64,000 nucleotides of DNA from Octopus vulgaris. Taxonomy: Eukaryota. The position numbers were made by a program, and so were the translations under genes. Below are positions 28,441 to 41,199 of this stretch, piece by piece. A model generated the notes under the pieces. The model saw only the letters and a list, made by a program, of their open reading frames with translations, was not told where the DNA came from and did not search any database. The stretch spans positions 25,916,001 to 25,980,000 of the forward strand of contig OX597814.1 of NCBI GenBank assembly GCA_951406725.2. The letters run 5' to 3'. The first letter of the stretch is position 1. Each line of letters begins with the position of its first letter.

Positions 28441-29652
28441 TTAATTTGTTCAAATATTTAGTGGTGTCAGTTGTCAGGTGTTTGATACACCACTATGTTA
28501 GACAACATTAAAAATACAATATCCTGCTTGTGATAAGTGACTGACAAATTATCTGTATAACAAAGGAGATTTTTGTGGTAGAAATAGAATAATACAGTTA
28601 AATAACGCAGGAAAATTTGTCTTTCCTAATTAATGAGGATTGGAATTACTGATATTCTGCAGTAAAATGGGCACCATACTGCTCTAGCAACAGATAAATG
28701 ATGAATGTAAGGTAGACATGTCTTGTTTTCTTTTAATTGACACTTATATTATGTATTTTTTGTATTAAGTCACACCCACTACAGATAAGCATGGAGAAGC
28801 AGACCAAAAACTATGATTATAATGAAATACACATATATATATATATATATATGTACACACACAAATATTCATATATATATATACTCATGATCTGTTGACC
28901 TGTCTGCCTACTGAAGAAGACCTGTCTACCTCAGCAGAATTAATACTGGTGCTCGTGCCACATAAAAAAACTACCCCATACATTCTGTGGAATTGTTGGT
29001 GTTAGGAAGTGCATCCAGCTGTAGAAACCATACCATACTAGAACAGACAATGGAACCAGGTGTGAACCCTGGCTTTACCCGCTCTGATCTACTCATCCAA
29101 CCCATGCCAGCATAGAAAACAGACGTTTAATGATGATGATGGTGATATGTGTGGTGGGGTGAATGAGTGTGTACATTCATGTGTGTGGGGGCGTCTGCAT
29201 ACATATGTATGTGTTGCTGGTAACATTTACCCTAGTAAAGACTGTCACATGGTTGGGCCATCTACCACTTTGTCAGTATCACTAGTAAGCTGACATAGCT
29301 ACGAAGGTTGCTAGAAAGCTACACAATAAAAGCAAGGCTGCCAAAAGGATAGATGGAACTAACATGCAGTCAGCAACTGTCAAACAACACTTAGGATAAT
29401 ATTCTTTAGTGTTTGGTGCAAAGGTGTGCAGCAGGTCAAGTTACAAATAAAGAGAATAGTATGAGATACGGCATAGACATATTTCCCTCCAAATAAATTT
29501 TTCATGCTAGTCTTTCAAGAACAACACCTTCTTTAGTTTTTAGTTTTTATGGTGACAAATAAGTCAACCAGCATCATTTATAGTTTTTGGTTAGTTGCCA
29601 AAAATGATGCTGGAAGTCTGGAATGTGTGTGTGTGCATGTGTAAGTCATCAT

Positions 29653-29683
<31 letters not shown>

Positions 29684-29819
29684 GTTTAATGTCCGCTTTC
29701 CATGCTAGCATGGTTTGGACGATTTGACTGAGGTCTGGCGAAGCAGATGACTGCACCAGACTCCAAGTTATATATACATATTTATATATATCTGTAAATA
29801 TGTATGTATGTGCCTGTGA

Positions 29820-29855
<36 letters not shown>

Positions 29856-29887
29856 TTTATTTAAAGCAGCAGAAAATTCAACAAAAT

Positions 29888-29925
29888 CTGTTACTCTGAG
29901 TTTCTCGTTGCCGTTCATCAGTATT
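29888..29925 (-). ncRNA. Hammerhead core (family d) with disrupted helix I, in a short insert between (TA)n tracts
   Basis: Minus strand: CUGAUGA-ACG-gcaa-CGA-GAAA-CUC-a-GAG-UA-acag. Core boxes are intact but the 5' strand of helix I does not pair. Confidence 0.55.
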
Positions 29926-30019
29926 TGAGTACTCTTTTTTTCCACCTTGTTTCACATTTATGTGTTTACTCCGGTATATATATATATATATATATAAGCA
30001 CATTCATAAACTAAATGTT

Positions 30020-30052
<33 letters not shown>

Positions 30053-30053
30053 C

Positions 30054-30555
30054 TTTTATTCTTTACTGGTTTCAACCAGAGGCTGAGGCCATGCTGGAGC
30101 ACTGTCTTTCAGTATTGGGTTTCTTTTCTGTATGGTTTCTGGTGAAGTAACAAGTTGGATGGAGCTGCTCTTCTTTGTGCCTCCTGCTGCAATCAATGTT
30201 GGTCCATCTGGTATCTCACGTAAAAATTTGTCCAGACACTCTTTCAATATCCCCACATCTACACTGTGTGAATCTCTGAGGCTGTTTGGTAGAATGTTGA
30301 ATAGTTGTGGACACATGAAACCCAAGCTGTTATCGAACTGGGTTCTCATTCTAGATGGAGAAGACAGGATCTTTGGTATTATACAGTGCCGTCCAATCTG
30401 GTGGCTGGTACAGTTTTCAATTCCAAAGTTGGGAGTTAAACCTTCCAGGGTCTTCCATATGTATATCACTGCATATATTTCATGACTTCTCTCTAAGGAG
30501 TACAGCTTCAGTTCCTTTAGCCTCTCCCAAAAGCTTATTTGTTTCACTGAGTCAA
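30054..30555 (-). mobile_element. CR1-like LINE 3' fragment (ORF2 C-terminus and tail)
   Basis: ORF 30056-30547: SFWERLKELKLYSLER...IYIWKTLEG...PQLFNILPNSLR...LDKFLREIPD, typical of a CR1-group ORF2 C-terminus. Confidence 0.8.
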
Positions 30556-32283
30556 TCTTTTTTGTGTAGTAACACTAGACTGCCTCAAGCTCTGCCACAC
30601 ACACATACAAAACCAGCTATCAGTTTATTTCTGTCCACCAACTTCACTTAGAAGGCATAGGCTGACCAAGGTCTATAGCAGATAACATTGGCCCAAGGTG
30701 TTGGCTGTAGATTGGATCTGAACCCAAAATGCAAGGTTGTGAAACAAACATTTCAACAATACAGCTGTGTGTGTGTGTATGTGTGTGTGTGTGTGTGTTA
30801 GTCTATACATGTACTTGTATATATTCATATGGACATGTTTATGTATGTGGACACACACTTGTATATATGTGTGTGAGTGAATGTATGTGTGTACATAAAT
30901 AGATTTGTATGTGTTTAAGTGCACATGTATGTTATATGCAGTTTATTCATTCATGATATTGTCTTTTTTTTATATATATATCATATTCTTCATGCATCAT
31001 ATATCATATTTTCATTGAAATATTATCAACAATAAGGATCAAAGAATCAAAACTCTAAAAACTGTAAAACTAATTTGGTTAATCCAGATGATCAAGCTAA
31101 TCTAGGAGCATTTGATCAGCTAAGCTGAAGAAACTTTATATTAGTGTCTTTTGTAGTTCCTGCAAAAGAAATATAATCCTCAATACTGGCAAAGCATTTT
31201 AATATTTTATGTTACAAAAGGAAGGCTCTGATTTGCATAATGACTTTGATGTTAGCATAGAATTTGCATTAATGAATGCATTTCCAAGATATCCACTTTC
31301 AACTGGTTCTAGATATCACAAATAACTACAAACTTCATTCGATTTCATGGCTTTTATATGGTTTTCAGATTCTTCTCTTCATCTTTTTCTCCTTTTATTT
31401 TCTGTCACTTTTTCCCCATTTTCTCTATCACCTTCTCTCTTTCTTTCTCTCATATAATACATATGTTCTATAGGTAATTTACATACAGGCACATATGGGC
31501 GTATTCATAAGTATATATATCCATACCAATGTGTGGGTGTATTCAAATGTGCAATTATGTTTCCATTTGCAAGTTGATGTGTGTGGATACATATGAGTTT
31601 ATGATATGTATGTATGTGTTTATGTGTATGTGTGTATTTGCATAAGTATGTATGTGTATGTACAAGTTAACACATACAGGTAACCTATATGTTTCAGCTT
31701 GTTGCATTAGGCATTGCAATTGTGATGTTCACCATTCTGATGTTCAGACAAAAGATAGGAAGAGAGCTAGAGTAAGAAGGTGCACTGGAGAAGGGGAGAT
31801 TGAGGGAGAAAGTGAGAGAGGTTAATACAGTAAGAATGAACAGGAGGAAATTTGACAGGAAATAGTGGTGGAGGTTCTTTATATTTAGAAATACGAATAA
31901 TTTATAACTTCTCTAGAAACAGGAATAATTTACAACTTGTATCCTATCAGCTTGCTACACAAGAAATATCAAAATTGGTCAGTCAGTATCATGCCAGAAT
32001 AAACATAATATATATTTCTATTTGTGCATCTATTTCACTCCTGAGGCTATGTATGGGACAGGTGAAAAAAATGTTTGAGGTTTACAGTGATATATGGGTA
32101 GAAAATCAATGGATCTGAAGCAGTTACAGGGAATTTAGTTGATTCTAGATTGTTTGATATGCAATTGAAAATTGTAGAAAGAAAAATAAGAATGAGTTTA
32201 AAGTGAAATGGAATATCAAAAAATCAACAACTAGTGTCTGCAGAAAATGACATTATTATCATTATTATTATTATTATTATTAT

Positions 32284-32341
<58 letters not shown>

Positions 32342-32358
32342 TGCAGCACTAGTAGTAG

Positions 32359-32905
32359 TGAGTGAGTAAGAGAGCAGTGCATGCCATCAAAGTGACACTG
32401 GGGTAAAATATACGAAGCCCAGTATACCCATCATGACTACCCATATGATAAGGGTAAACTAGGCACATGCATCACAACCCTATGTGCATGACATGGTGAT
32501 CTCATAGCAAGATAAACAGTGCATGACCATGCAGGTGGGGCCCAGCTACAATTTTCTTCAAGTTAAGTGGCCTATTCCACTCAAAAGGTCTCTGAATAAG
32601 AGTTGTTTAAGGATGTTGAATGAAACACCCATGTTTCCTGTGGTGAATTATTCAAACCACAAAGAATTCCTCTCAACTCATGACTCTGATGCACTCCTGC
32701 TACTTCTACTCATGATCAGAGATGCACATATCATCAGCCACTGAGGGACATGCTCATCTGGTTACGGTCAAGCAACTGACAAGTAAATCTGTGGTATTAA
32801 GCAGAATATTTTCTGTAGCCCAAGACAAAACATGTACACGATAGCACTTCCAATCAGTTAAGATCAGAAGCCATGAGTGTCACTGCCTGGTACTGCATCA
32901 GGACA
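32359..32905. repeat. Family D repeat copy
   Basis: Same start (gagagcagtgcatgccatcaaagtgacactggggtaaaatatacg) and end (gcctggtactgcat) as 39839-40380. Confidence 0.9.
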
Positions 32906-33034
32906 GTTATTAATTATTATTATTAATATTATTATTATTATTATTAATATATGAAAACTCACAGATTATTTTGCTTGGTGTGATGGAAAGTCTCAGCTGT
33001 CCACAGCCAGCAGACTAACATGTCACTTGTTTAC

Positions 33035-33419
33035 TGGTCATGCTTCAAGAACCCTGCAAAGAATTCTTGCAGTTCCAAGCAATGCTGATTTTTGTAGGTG
33101 TTCTACCTTCACACTTGCACCTATCTTTTTCAGTCATGTTGGTAATTGAGTACTGATACTTTCAAGTGCAAGAATTACTATTGGTATCACAACTACTCTC
33201 TTCATTGACCACAAACTTCGTATTTCCCACTTTAAATCGTCATAGTTGTTTATTTTCTTCTTTCACATTGATCCTGTTGTCACCAGGACATGCTATATTG
33301 ATTATCATACATGGTCTTTCTTTTTTATTCGCCACAACAATGTCTGTTTCTGATGTCTGGTCAGGTGATTGCACTGGATCATTACATCCCACAAGATTTT
33401 GCAGTTTTCATTTTCAGTG

Positions 33420-33420
<1 letters not shown>
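33035..33420 (-). mobile_element. R4/Dong-like RLE non-LTR retrotransposon 3' fragment
   Basis: ENENCKILWDVMIQCNH...DIVVANKKERPCMIINIACPGDNRINVKEE and LQKSALLGTARILCRVL. Confidence 0.8.
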
Positions 33421-33450
<30 letters not shown>

Positions 33451-33464
33451 AATTATTATTATTA

Positions 33465-33660
33465 TTCAGTAGTTTTATTTTTATAGCATGCTTTCACTTC
33501 ACTACCGAGCGCAGCTCTGTGTGCCTTGGGTATGTGCTGTGATTTGTTGTGATGCTCTGATGGTTACTGTATGGAAAGTGTTCTGTGTAGGATGTGTGCA
33601 GTGCCTAGTAGTGCAATTTTCTGTATGTTATATGTGTTTGTAAGTCCTGGTATTTTTGTT
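33465..33660 (-). mobile_element. R4/Dong-like 3' end with (TAA)n tail
   Basis: KIPGLTNTYNIQKIALLGTAHILHRTLSIQ* followed by a short UTR and (TAA)n. Confidence 0.8.
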
Positions 33661-33662
33661 AT

Positions 33663-33718
<56 letters not shown>

Positions 33719-35369
33719 ATTATTATCATTATTATCATCATCATCATCATCATCATCATCATTATTACTATTATTGTCAAGGCAGTTGGTGCTCCAGGCA
33801 AAATGCTTAGTGGCATTTCTTCTGACATTACAGTCTAAGTTTAAATACTACCATTGTTGACATTGCACTTTATCTTTAAGGAGTCAATAAAATAAGTACC
33901 AGATGAATACTGGGATCCATGTGACCAACAAGCCTCCTCCCCCAAATTTCAGACCTTGTGCCCATCATAGAAAGAATTATCATTATCATTATTGTTGTTG
34001 TTGCTGTCACTTATTGCCTAAGCTGAATGGATTTTGAATCTGCTTGAATTTGTACTTAGTTTTCCTTTTGAAGTGTCTGTTTTTGTTCCTGTTATTGTTC
34101 CATCTCGTTTTTTAACTGACCAGAATCATAAGGAACTGATCAACCATTTTTAGTATTTGCCCTCTTGGGCAAAATTTTAGAAGAAAGAAAAGTTTTTGAA
34201 GTGCAGATAGCATTTTCAAAATGATGTCATCTTTGCCAACTGCCCAGCAAAAGAAGATGGGAAGGTGTTTTCATCTCCCGCTACACAACACTGCATATGC
34301 AGTGGCAATTTAATACAAGAACAGTAGTATGAAAAGCAACAACAGAGGTAGCAACAATGGTAACTACAGCAACAACAACACCAACAATAGCAGTAAAAGA
34401 TATGTCATACAAAAAAGCTAGTGACAGAAAATTGTGCATTGCCACAGCTGCCTTCACTATAGCAACAAACATTGGCAACACAAACAAAACAGGTGCGACC
34501 CCCCCCCCCAGTAAGAAGCAGTAATAACAGCATAATGATGATGCTAACAACAGCAGTAGCTATAAAAACACAGCAATAAAAATTTAGTTTTTCAAGATTG
34601 CTAACATTTTCAACCTTAACTCGCTGGCAAGAACTTTCAGTAAAAAATGGAGAAACACATTAACAGACTACAAAAACGAAAAGCTCAGTATAACACATCT
34701 TTTAGACCAACAGAAAAGAAATCAATTTGAAGAAAAGACACAAATTAGAGCATATACATTCAGACCATGCTGGAATTTGTTTAAAAAACATTTGACAAGG
34801 CATTAATTTTATAGGACATGCTCATAAATTCGGATACATCCCAGTTATTTTCCATTCAGAAACCCTAGACCAGAAGCATTCTACTGTCCAGCAAAATGCT
34901 GAAGATTTTACACTGATACCTATCTACCTAGAATGGAGAGTGAGCTGAGTAAAAATCTGAGATACCACCAGAACTAGACTTCTGCTTATGGTTCTCATGG
35001 ATGATGAAGTGTATGACATTGAAAGACCCAAGCATTCTGCTAGAAGTAAAAAAAATTCTAAAAAAATTGGGCCAGGATGGGATTGGAAATTTTGATTTTC
35101 AACACTGGACAAAATCGCCAGTGCTGGACAAAGTCTCCAACTTAATAGAGACCTTAAGTGGACAATAACTGCTGGTAATATTTGTGGGATTAGAATACAC
35201 TGATGCTACAATTATTGAAGCACTTATTACTTCAAGTCTTTCTATCCCAAATAACGACAGAAAATTAAAGCTAAAGAAGCCTACACTACTGCCAACTCCA
35301 CAACATCAATACTAAAGAAAAAACAACTGCAGTAATCACAACACAGATTTAGTTGCAGCACCAACTTCA

Positions 35370-35721
35370 GTGGAGGCATAATGGCCCAGTGGTTAGGGCA
35401 ACGGACTCGCAGTTGGAGGATCGCAGTTTTGTGTGTGTTTATTGAGCAAAAATACCTAAAGCACCACGAGGCTCCGGCAGGGGGTGGTGGTGACCCCTGT
35501 TGTACTCTTTCACCCCAACTTTCTCTCACTCTTTCTTCCTGTTTCTTGTCCTCGACTTCCTATGCAACCGCTGAGCCTGGATGTGCATTCATCCATCCAT
35601 CAATGCTCTCGGTGCCGGGGGTTGACCTGCTTTCTCTTCTGCAGGTCTTATGAATAGCAAAAGACAACGTTTCAGACTTCTCCCACTGGGACGAAGACCG
35701 CTTCGCTCAACAAACAAACAA
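35370..35721 (+). mobile_element. tRNA-derived SINE (same head as 50157, B box deleted, different tail)
   Basis: 13-bp TSD AGCACCAACTTCA at 35357-35369 and 35722-35734; (CAAA)n tail. Confidence 0.85.
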
Positions 35722-36450
35722 AGCACCAACTTCAAAACTGAAAGCAGCACCTACAACCATAGCACCAAAAGTTGGAAACAACAGCAATAAAAACTAAATA
35801 CATCACTATCAAAAGCCACTACATCACAAACAGCAGCAGCACCAGCAACAGAAAATGCCAGGCCAATAACAAATATATCAATGACAAAACAAAACAAAAC
35901 TCCTGCCCAAAGACAAATCCTTGCCCTCTCACACCACACAGATAGGTCGTGTGGTGAAGGTGTCAATGAGAGGCATAAATGGCAAAAAGTTACTAATACA
36001 AATAAAGGTAAAAATAACAAATACAGGCAGATATTAACAAATGAGGGAGATGCTTTTGAATACTGGTGCACCAACACCAACCAAACAGTTACTATCACTA
36101 CCATCATCCCAATCAACACCACCACCATTATCAGGGAATCTGCTTTGACAAACTGAAACACAATCTAGTTTATACACAACAGTTAGAACACACACATCAA
36201 TGTGAACAAAAAAAGAAATCATCAACTGTTAGTTCATCTATCATTGTTGAGAAGGGTGACTCAGGATCAGTGGGGTTCCTTGCTTGCCCAAGAAATCTTA
36301 CTATATCAGAAATCTTACTATATCATACCATTATCATCCTGTTAATATTGTATAACTTTTTTTAATCATTCAATTCTATGTAAATCTCCACACTTTATGT
36401 CTGTCTTTGTATTGTCCCCATCACCTGTCACCCAGGTGGCAAATAAAGGA

Positions 36451-36475
36451 AATAATAATAATAATAATAATAATT

Positions 36476-36506
<31 letters not shown>

Positions 36507-36575
36507 TTATCATTATTATTATTATTATCATTATTATTATTATTATTATCATCATTATTATTATTATTATTATCA

Positions 36576-36648
<73 letters not shown>
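36451..36648. repeat. Compound (AAT)n-(ATT)n-(AGT)n microsatellite
   Basis: Direct inspection. Confidence 0.95.
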
Positions 36649-37189
36649 GGTGTTAGAATATTTCATATTTAGTTATAGTTGCTTATGATATGAGTTCAAA
36701 TTCCATCTCACTCAAACTTGCAATTCTTCCTGTTGGGTTCATTTAACAAATTGTTCTCTTCCTCAAAATATGTGCTTGTGTTAAAAGTTATTTTCTTTAA
36801 CCAAACACCCATTAACCTCTTTAAGTTTCTCTTGGAGAAGGTGAGGATAGAGAGTAACTTGCTGCTATCCAGTAGATTTACAGAAAGGTGGGCAAGAATG
36901 GCCTTCATGAATTAGGCTATACTCAGCATATCCCAGTAGATCAAGGTATTCAACTGGGTGAGAGCAATTACTTTTGGTAGTCAGAGTAATCTAAAATCTG
37001 ATGGAATTTCATGATTAGCCCCATGTAGCTGCCTCTGTGTTAGAACGTTTCATTTAATTCCTTTTGTATAATGTTTCCCATGCTTCATTATATTGGTTTA
37101 CGATGAAAGACATTTTATACTTACTTTATAAAAAATCTTTTGACTCTTCATATCTATTCTTGCTTTGTATTGAGAAATACAGTAAATAT

Positions 37190-37960
37190 GTTATCTGTAT
37201 TGCACCTACTACTAGATTAAAATTAAGTTGCCCAAGGTTTGCCCTCAAGTTTTTGCTTACTGTTCCCAAGACCTTAATGTATCTGTATCATCACACATTT
37301 TTACATTTGGGAGAAACTTTTGTTGATCCTAATTTACCCTCATGCCTTGTCCTTGTGCTACAAAAATCATTCCCTTGGTCTCATTCATCAATTCTCCAGC
37401 AGTACTTGACAAACCTTAATTTTATTGTTGCTTTAAAATTTACAGAGTGAAACTTCTTTCCTTCGACGTTTGATTTCCATTTTTACCACATTTTCATATT
37501 TTCTCTTTGGGTTCTACACATTCTGTGAAGAGTCGTTCATTTATTACTGCCTTAAGAAATGTTTGTTCTTTTCCTTCTATATAGAAATCAGACATGCTTC
37601 TTACTAGTTCTGCTGCCGCTTCAACACTCATTAACCCTTTTGCTCCTGCTTTTTTCTAATATGACCAGCCTACATATGATTGGATAGGCATGCTTATTTG
37701 CAGTGAAGCTGTTACGTCATTTCTCTGTTTGAATCCTTCAGCTCATTCTTCCTCCATTCAATGATTCTGGTTCCATACTTTATCAGTAATACTGCCCTCA
37801 AGTTAATAGCTTTATGATATTTCCCTTATTCAATTTTGATGATGATTCAATCTTCATTTTGCAAAAATATTCTTTACTGAGGGCTTCCTTTATTTCTATA
37901 TTTTTCATTTACTCATTTTTTCAGTATTCTCAGATGCTTATATGTTACTTCTAAATTTAA
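37190..37960 (-). mobile_element. R4/Dong-like fragment (post-RT region, internally deleted)
   Basis: Frameshifted LNKGN-IKAIN.RAV..IKYG..IIEWRKNEL and ETKGMIFVAQGQ motifs. Confidence 0.7.
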
Positions 37961-38339
37961 TAAGTTTTTTTTCCCATCATTGGATAAATCTTTTCCAGTA
38001 TGTTTTCATAAATATTTTCCCTAATTCATCTCTATCATGCCACATTATTATTATTGTTGTTGTTATTGTAGTAGTTTTTGTTGTTCTTGCTGTTGTCAAC
38101 ATCACCATCATCATCATAATTATTATTGTTATTACATCATTTTACTTTTCAGAGCTCTCAATTTTACTTGCTTCAGTTACTTCTGTGAGAGTGGACAACT
38201 TATTGTCAAAAGTCTCACAGGGTCTCTTTCCACAATACTTAATACTCACAAACCAATCTCAAAATCCTCACTATCCCCAATAGAGTAGTTTTTGAGCTTG
38301 TTCTACTCTCATGTCAATTCCATTATTATCACTATTATT

Positions 38340-38640
38340 ATTTTAGTTTGGCTTAGGTTCGGTTTTATTCCTGGTAGGAATTATGTAGATAGTGGGTGAC
38401 TAACTGTAACCTCAGGTATCCACAATTTTTCAGCAGTCTTTCAAGTGATTAGGACCCTCCTGATAATCCTTGCTGTCCCTAAGAGACAAACTTTCTATAG
38501 GAGCTCTACTGGGTATTTTAGTTCAATCTCCATCAGTCATTTGTCTATTTCTTGGTTTACTGTTTCCAATGCACCAATTATTATAGACACGAATTTTACT
38601 GCTTGCATGCTCCAAATTCTTTCAAACTTTAAGGGATTGT
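38340..38640 (-). mobile_element. R4/Dong-like 3' end
   Basis: Antisense of ORF 38445-38681 gives IIGALETV...KVCLLGTARIIRRVL. Confidence 0.7.
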
Positions 38641-38689
38641 ATTATTATTACTACTGTGAAAGACTTTCAGATAGTTCTTAATTACCAGT

Positions 38690-39820
38690 TATTCTTTACT
38701 TGAAAGCAGACAACAACAAATCACCAAAGGTTTCAAGTAGTGCCTTCTACTGTAATCAAAGAGACACAATACTCTCCATTGAATCTAAGCTATACCCAAC
38801 AATGATGTCTTCTGGATCACCTCGAGCCTGACAGCAACTCTAATATTCTTAATATGCTTTTCAAAGCCCTTGAAAACTGCTCCTAAGCTCGAATTACCAC
38901 CGGTATCACTTTTACTTTTTTCATGCCCCATAACTTTCCTATCTCGTCACACAATGGCTGGTATTTCTCAGTCTTTTCTGTTTCCATACATTTCACCCTT
39001 GAATCACCTGGCATTGCAGCATCTATTATCTTTCTATTATATTTCTATTATCTTTACTTCTTTTATGGATGTGCACAATATCTGGTTGTCTCACCTCTAT
39101 GACTTGGTCACACTGCATGTTAAAATCTCAGAGTTCATTTTCCTTTACTCCCTCTGGCTTGTGTTCATACCATTCATACCATTGTTCAGCTCTCTCAAAG
39201 TTTGCTTTACCATACAACAGCCTGATGGATATATTTGGCCACAATATTGTGTTTCTTTTTATATTCACATTGTGCAAGCTTACAGCGCTCACTAACAATA
39301 TGGCTTATACTTTCCTTATCCCTTCTCAGAGCACATCCTACTCTATGGCAAGTCAGTACTTTTATCAATATGGTATTTGGAGTAGTTTGTTTTGAGAGCT
39401 TGTTCTTCAGCACTGCTCACTAATACCTCAGTAGGCTCTTTTAAGTCTCCTTTCTGCTGTCATTGCCAGGTTCTATTCCAATCAATGACATCTTTATTCT
39501 TCAAGAACTGACTGTACATTTTCTTGTCCAGCCAAATTTTTTCCTCTGCTCTCTCTGGTCTTTCTTAAATTGTATTGGATCTATGGCTTTCACTTTTAAG
39601 GTTCCCTGCATTTTCACTGCTTCAATCATTTCTTCTTTACTCCCCTTAACATACCAAGCCAGGTTATTCTCCCTCTTCCCTTACACAACCTTCACAATGC
39701 ACTAATCCCTGTCCTCCTTCCCTCCTCTCTACATACAATCTTGACACATCACTCTTGGGGTGTAGTTCCTTTTTCATTGTCATTAATTTATGTGTTCTCT
39801 AGTCTATCTCTTGTAATTCA
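38690..39820 (-). mobile_element. R4/Dong-like 3' fragment with CCHC knuckle and RLE remnants
   Basis: KESISHIVSERCKLAQCEYKKKHNIVAKYIH and KVIPVVI-LGAVFKGFEKHIKNIRVAVRLEVIQKTSLLG. Confidence 0.8.
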
Positions 39821-39838
39821 TATTGTTATTATTATTAT

Positions 39839-40380
39839 TGAGTGAGCGAGCAGTGCATGCCATCAAAGTGACACTGGGGTAAAATATACGAAGCCCAGTA
39901 TACCCATTTTGACTACCCGTCTGATAAGGGTACACTAGGCACATGCATCACAACCATGTGTGCGCGACATGGTGATCTCATATCAAGATAAACAGCACAT
40001 GACCTTGCAGGTGGAGCCCAGTTAGAATTTTCTTCAGGTCGAGTAGCCCATCTTGCTCAAAAGGTCCCTGAATAAGGGTTGCTTTAGGATGTTGAACGAA
40101 ACACCCATGTTTCCTGAGGTGAATTATTCAAACCCCAGAGAATCCCTCTCAACACATGGCTATGATGCTCCCCTACTACTTCTGCTCATGATCAGAGATG
40201 CACATATCGTCAGCCACTAAGGGATATGCTCAACTGGTTATGGTCAAACAACTGGCAAGCAAATCTGTGGTATTGAGCAGAATATTTGCTGTAGCCCATC
40301 TTTTATACCAAGACAAAACATGATAACACTTCCAATCAGTTAAGATCAGAAGCCATGAGAGCCTCTGCCTGGTACTGCAT
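39839..40380. repeat. Unclassified ~550-bp dispersed repeat (family D), best-preserved copy
   Basis: Colinear high similarity to 32359-32905, 43392-43935 and, inverted, 10627-11190. Flanked by (ATT)n; no conserved ORF. Confidence 0.9.
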
Positions 40381-40523
40381 TATTATTATTATTATTATAT
40401 GTTTGACTTTTGCTTTGTATTTGTACAAGTTGACACAGTTCTATATTTAAGAGATGAGGAATTATGTACATTATTTACATTATTTACAATTGACGAATAT
40501 TTGTCCTCATCGTGTTTGTTGTT

Positions 40524-40566
40524 AACACGTTTCAGCTGATACACCCTCCAGCCTTCAACGGGTGTT
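40524..40566 (-). ncRNA. Degenerate hammerhead ribozyme (family a) in Penelope pLTR fragment ~40455-40620
   Basis: Minus strand: aacac-CCGUUGA-aggcugg-agggugua-ucagcu-GAAAC-guguu. Flanks match 7540-7650 and 47730-47900. Confidence 0.55.
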
Positions 40567-40644
40567 TTGGGGGAAACTTCGAACCTGGGTTCTCATTCCT
40601 AAGGTAGTTTTCGATGTTGTTGTTGTTATTATTATTATTATTGT

Positions 40645-41180
40645 CTTTGCACAGCTTCTAACACTGGAGATGTACTATGGTGTCAGCTGTTCACTATCAA
40701 TGAACTAAGGTAACACCCCTTAATTTTTGAGCACCATCCAGAGTATTCAAGCAGATCCAAGCAGTGCTGTTTTTTGCAAGTGTTCCACCCTTATTGCAGC
40801 CCTTATTTGTTCCATATACTACTCAGGATTTTTACTTACTGTTCCCAGGGCTCCAACAATTATTGGTACTACTACCACCTTTTTCAGTGACCACAACTGC
40901 TTAACCTCCCAAGCTAACCTGTTATGTTTATCAACATTTCTTTCTTCTTTATCACATACCTTGTTGTCAGCTGGGCATGCTATATCTATGATCCAGCATT
41001 GTTTGCTTTCTTTCTCAATTAAGATTATCCTAGCACTGAATCATAAAATCCCATAGGAATTTGCATTATGATTTTCAATGATGCCTTTGGGTTTGTACCA
41101 TTTATGTTCACACCACTGTTTTGCTCTGCCAAGTCCATATTTGTTGCAAAGTGTCCCTTGCTATATTGTAATGTTGTTGT
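40645..41180 (-). mobile_element. R4/Dong-like 3' fragment
   Basis: KKVVVVPIIVGALGTVSKN...RVEHLQKTALLGSA, then an (AAT)n tail. Confidence 0.8.
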
Positions 41181-41199
41181 TGTTAGGTAGTGGGAGTTA

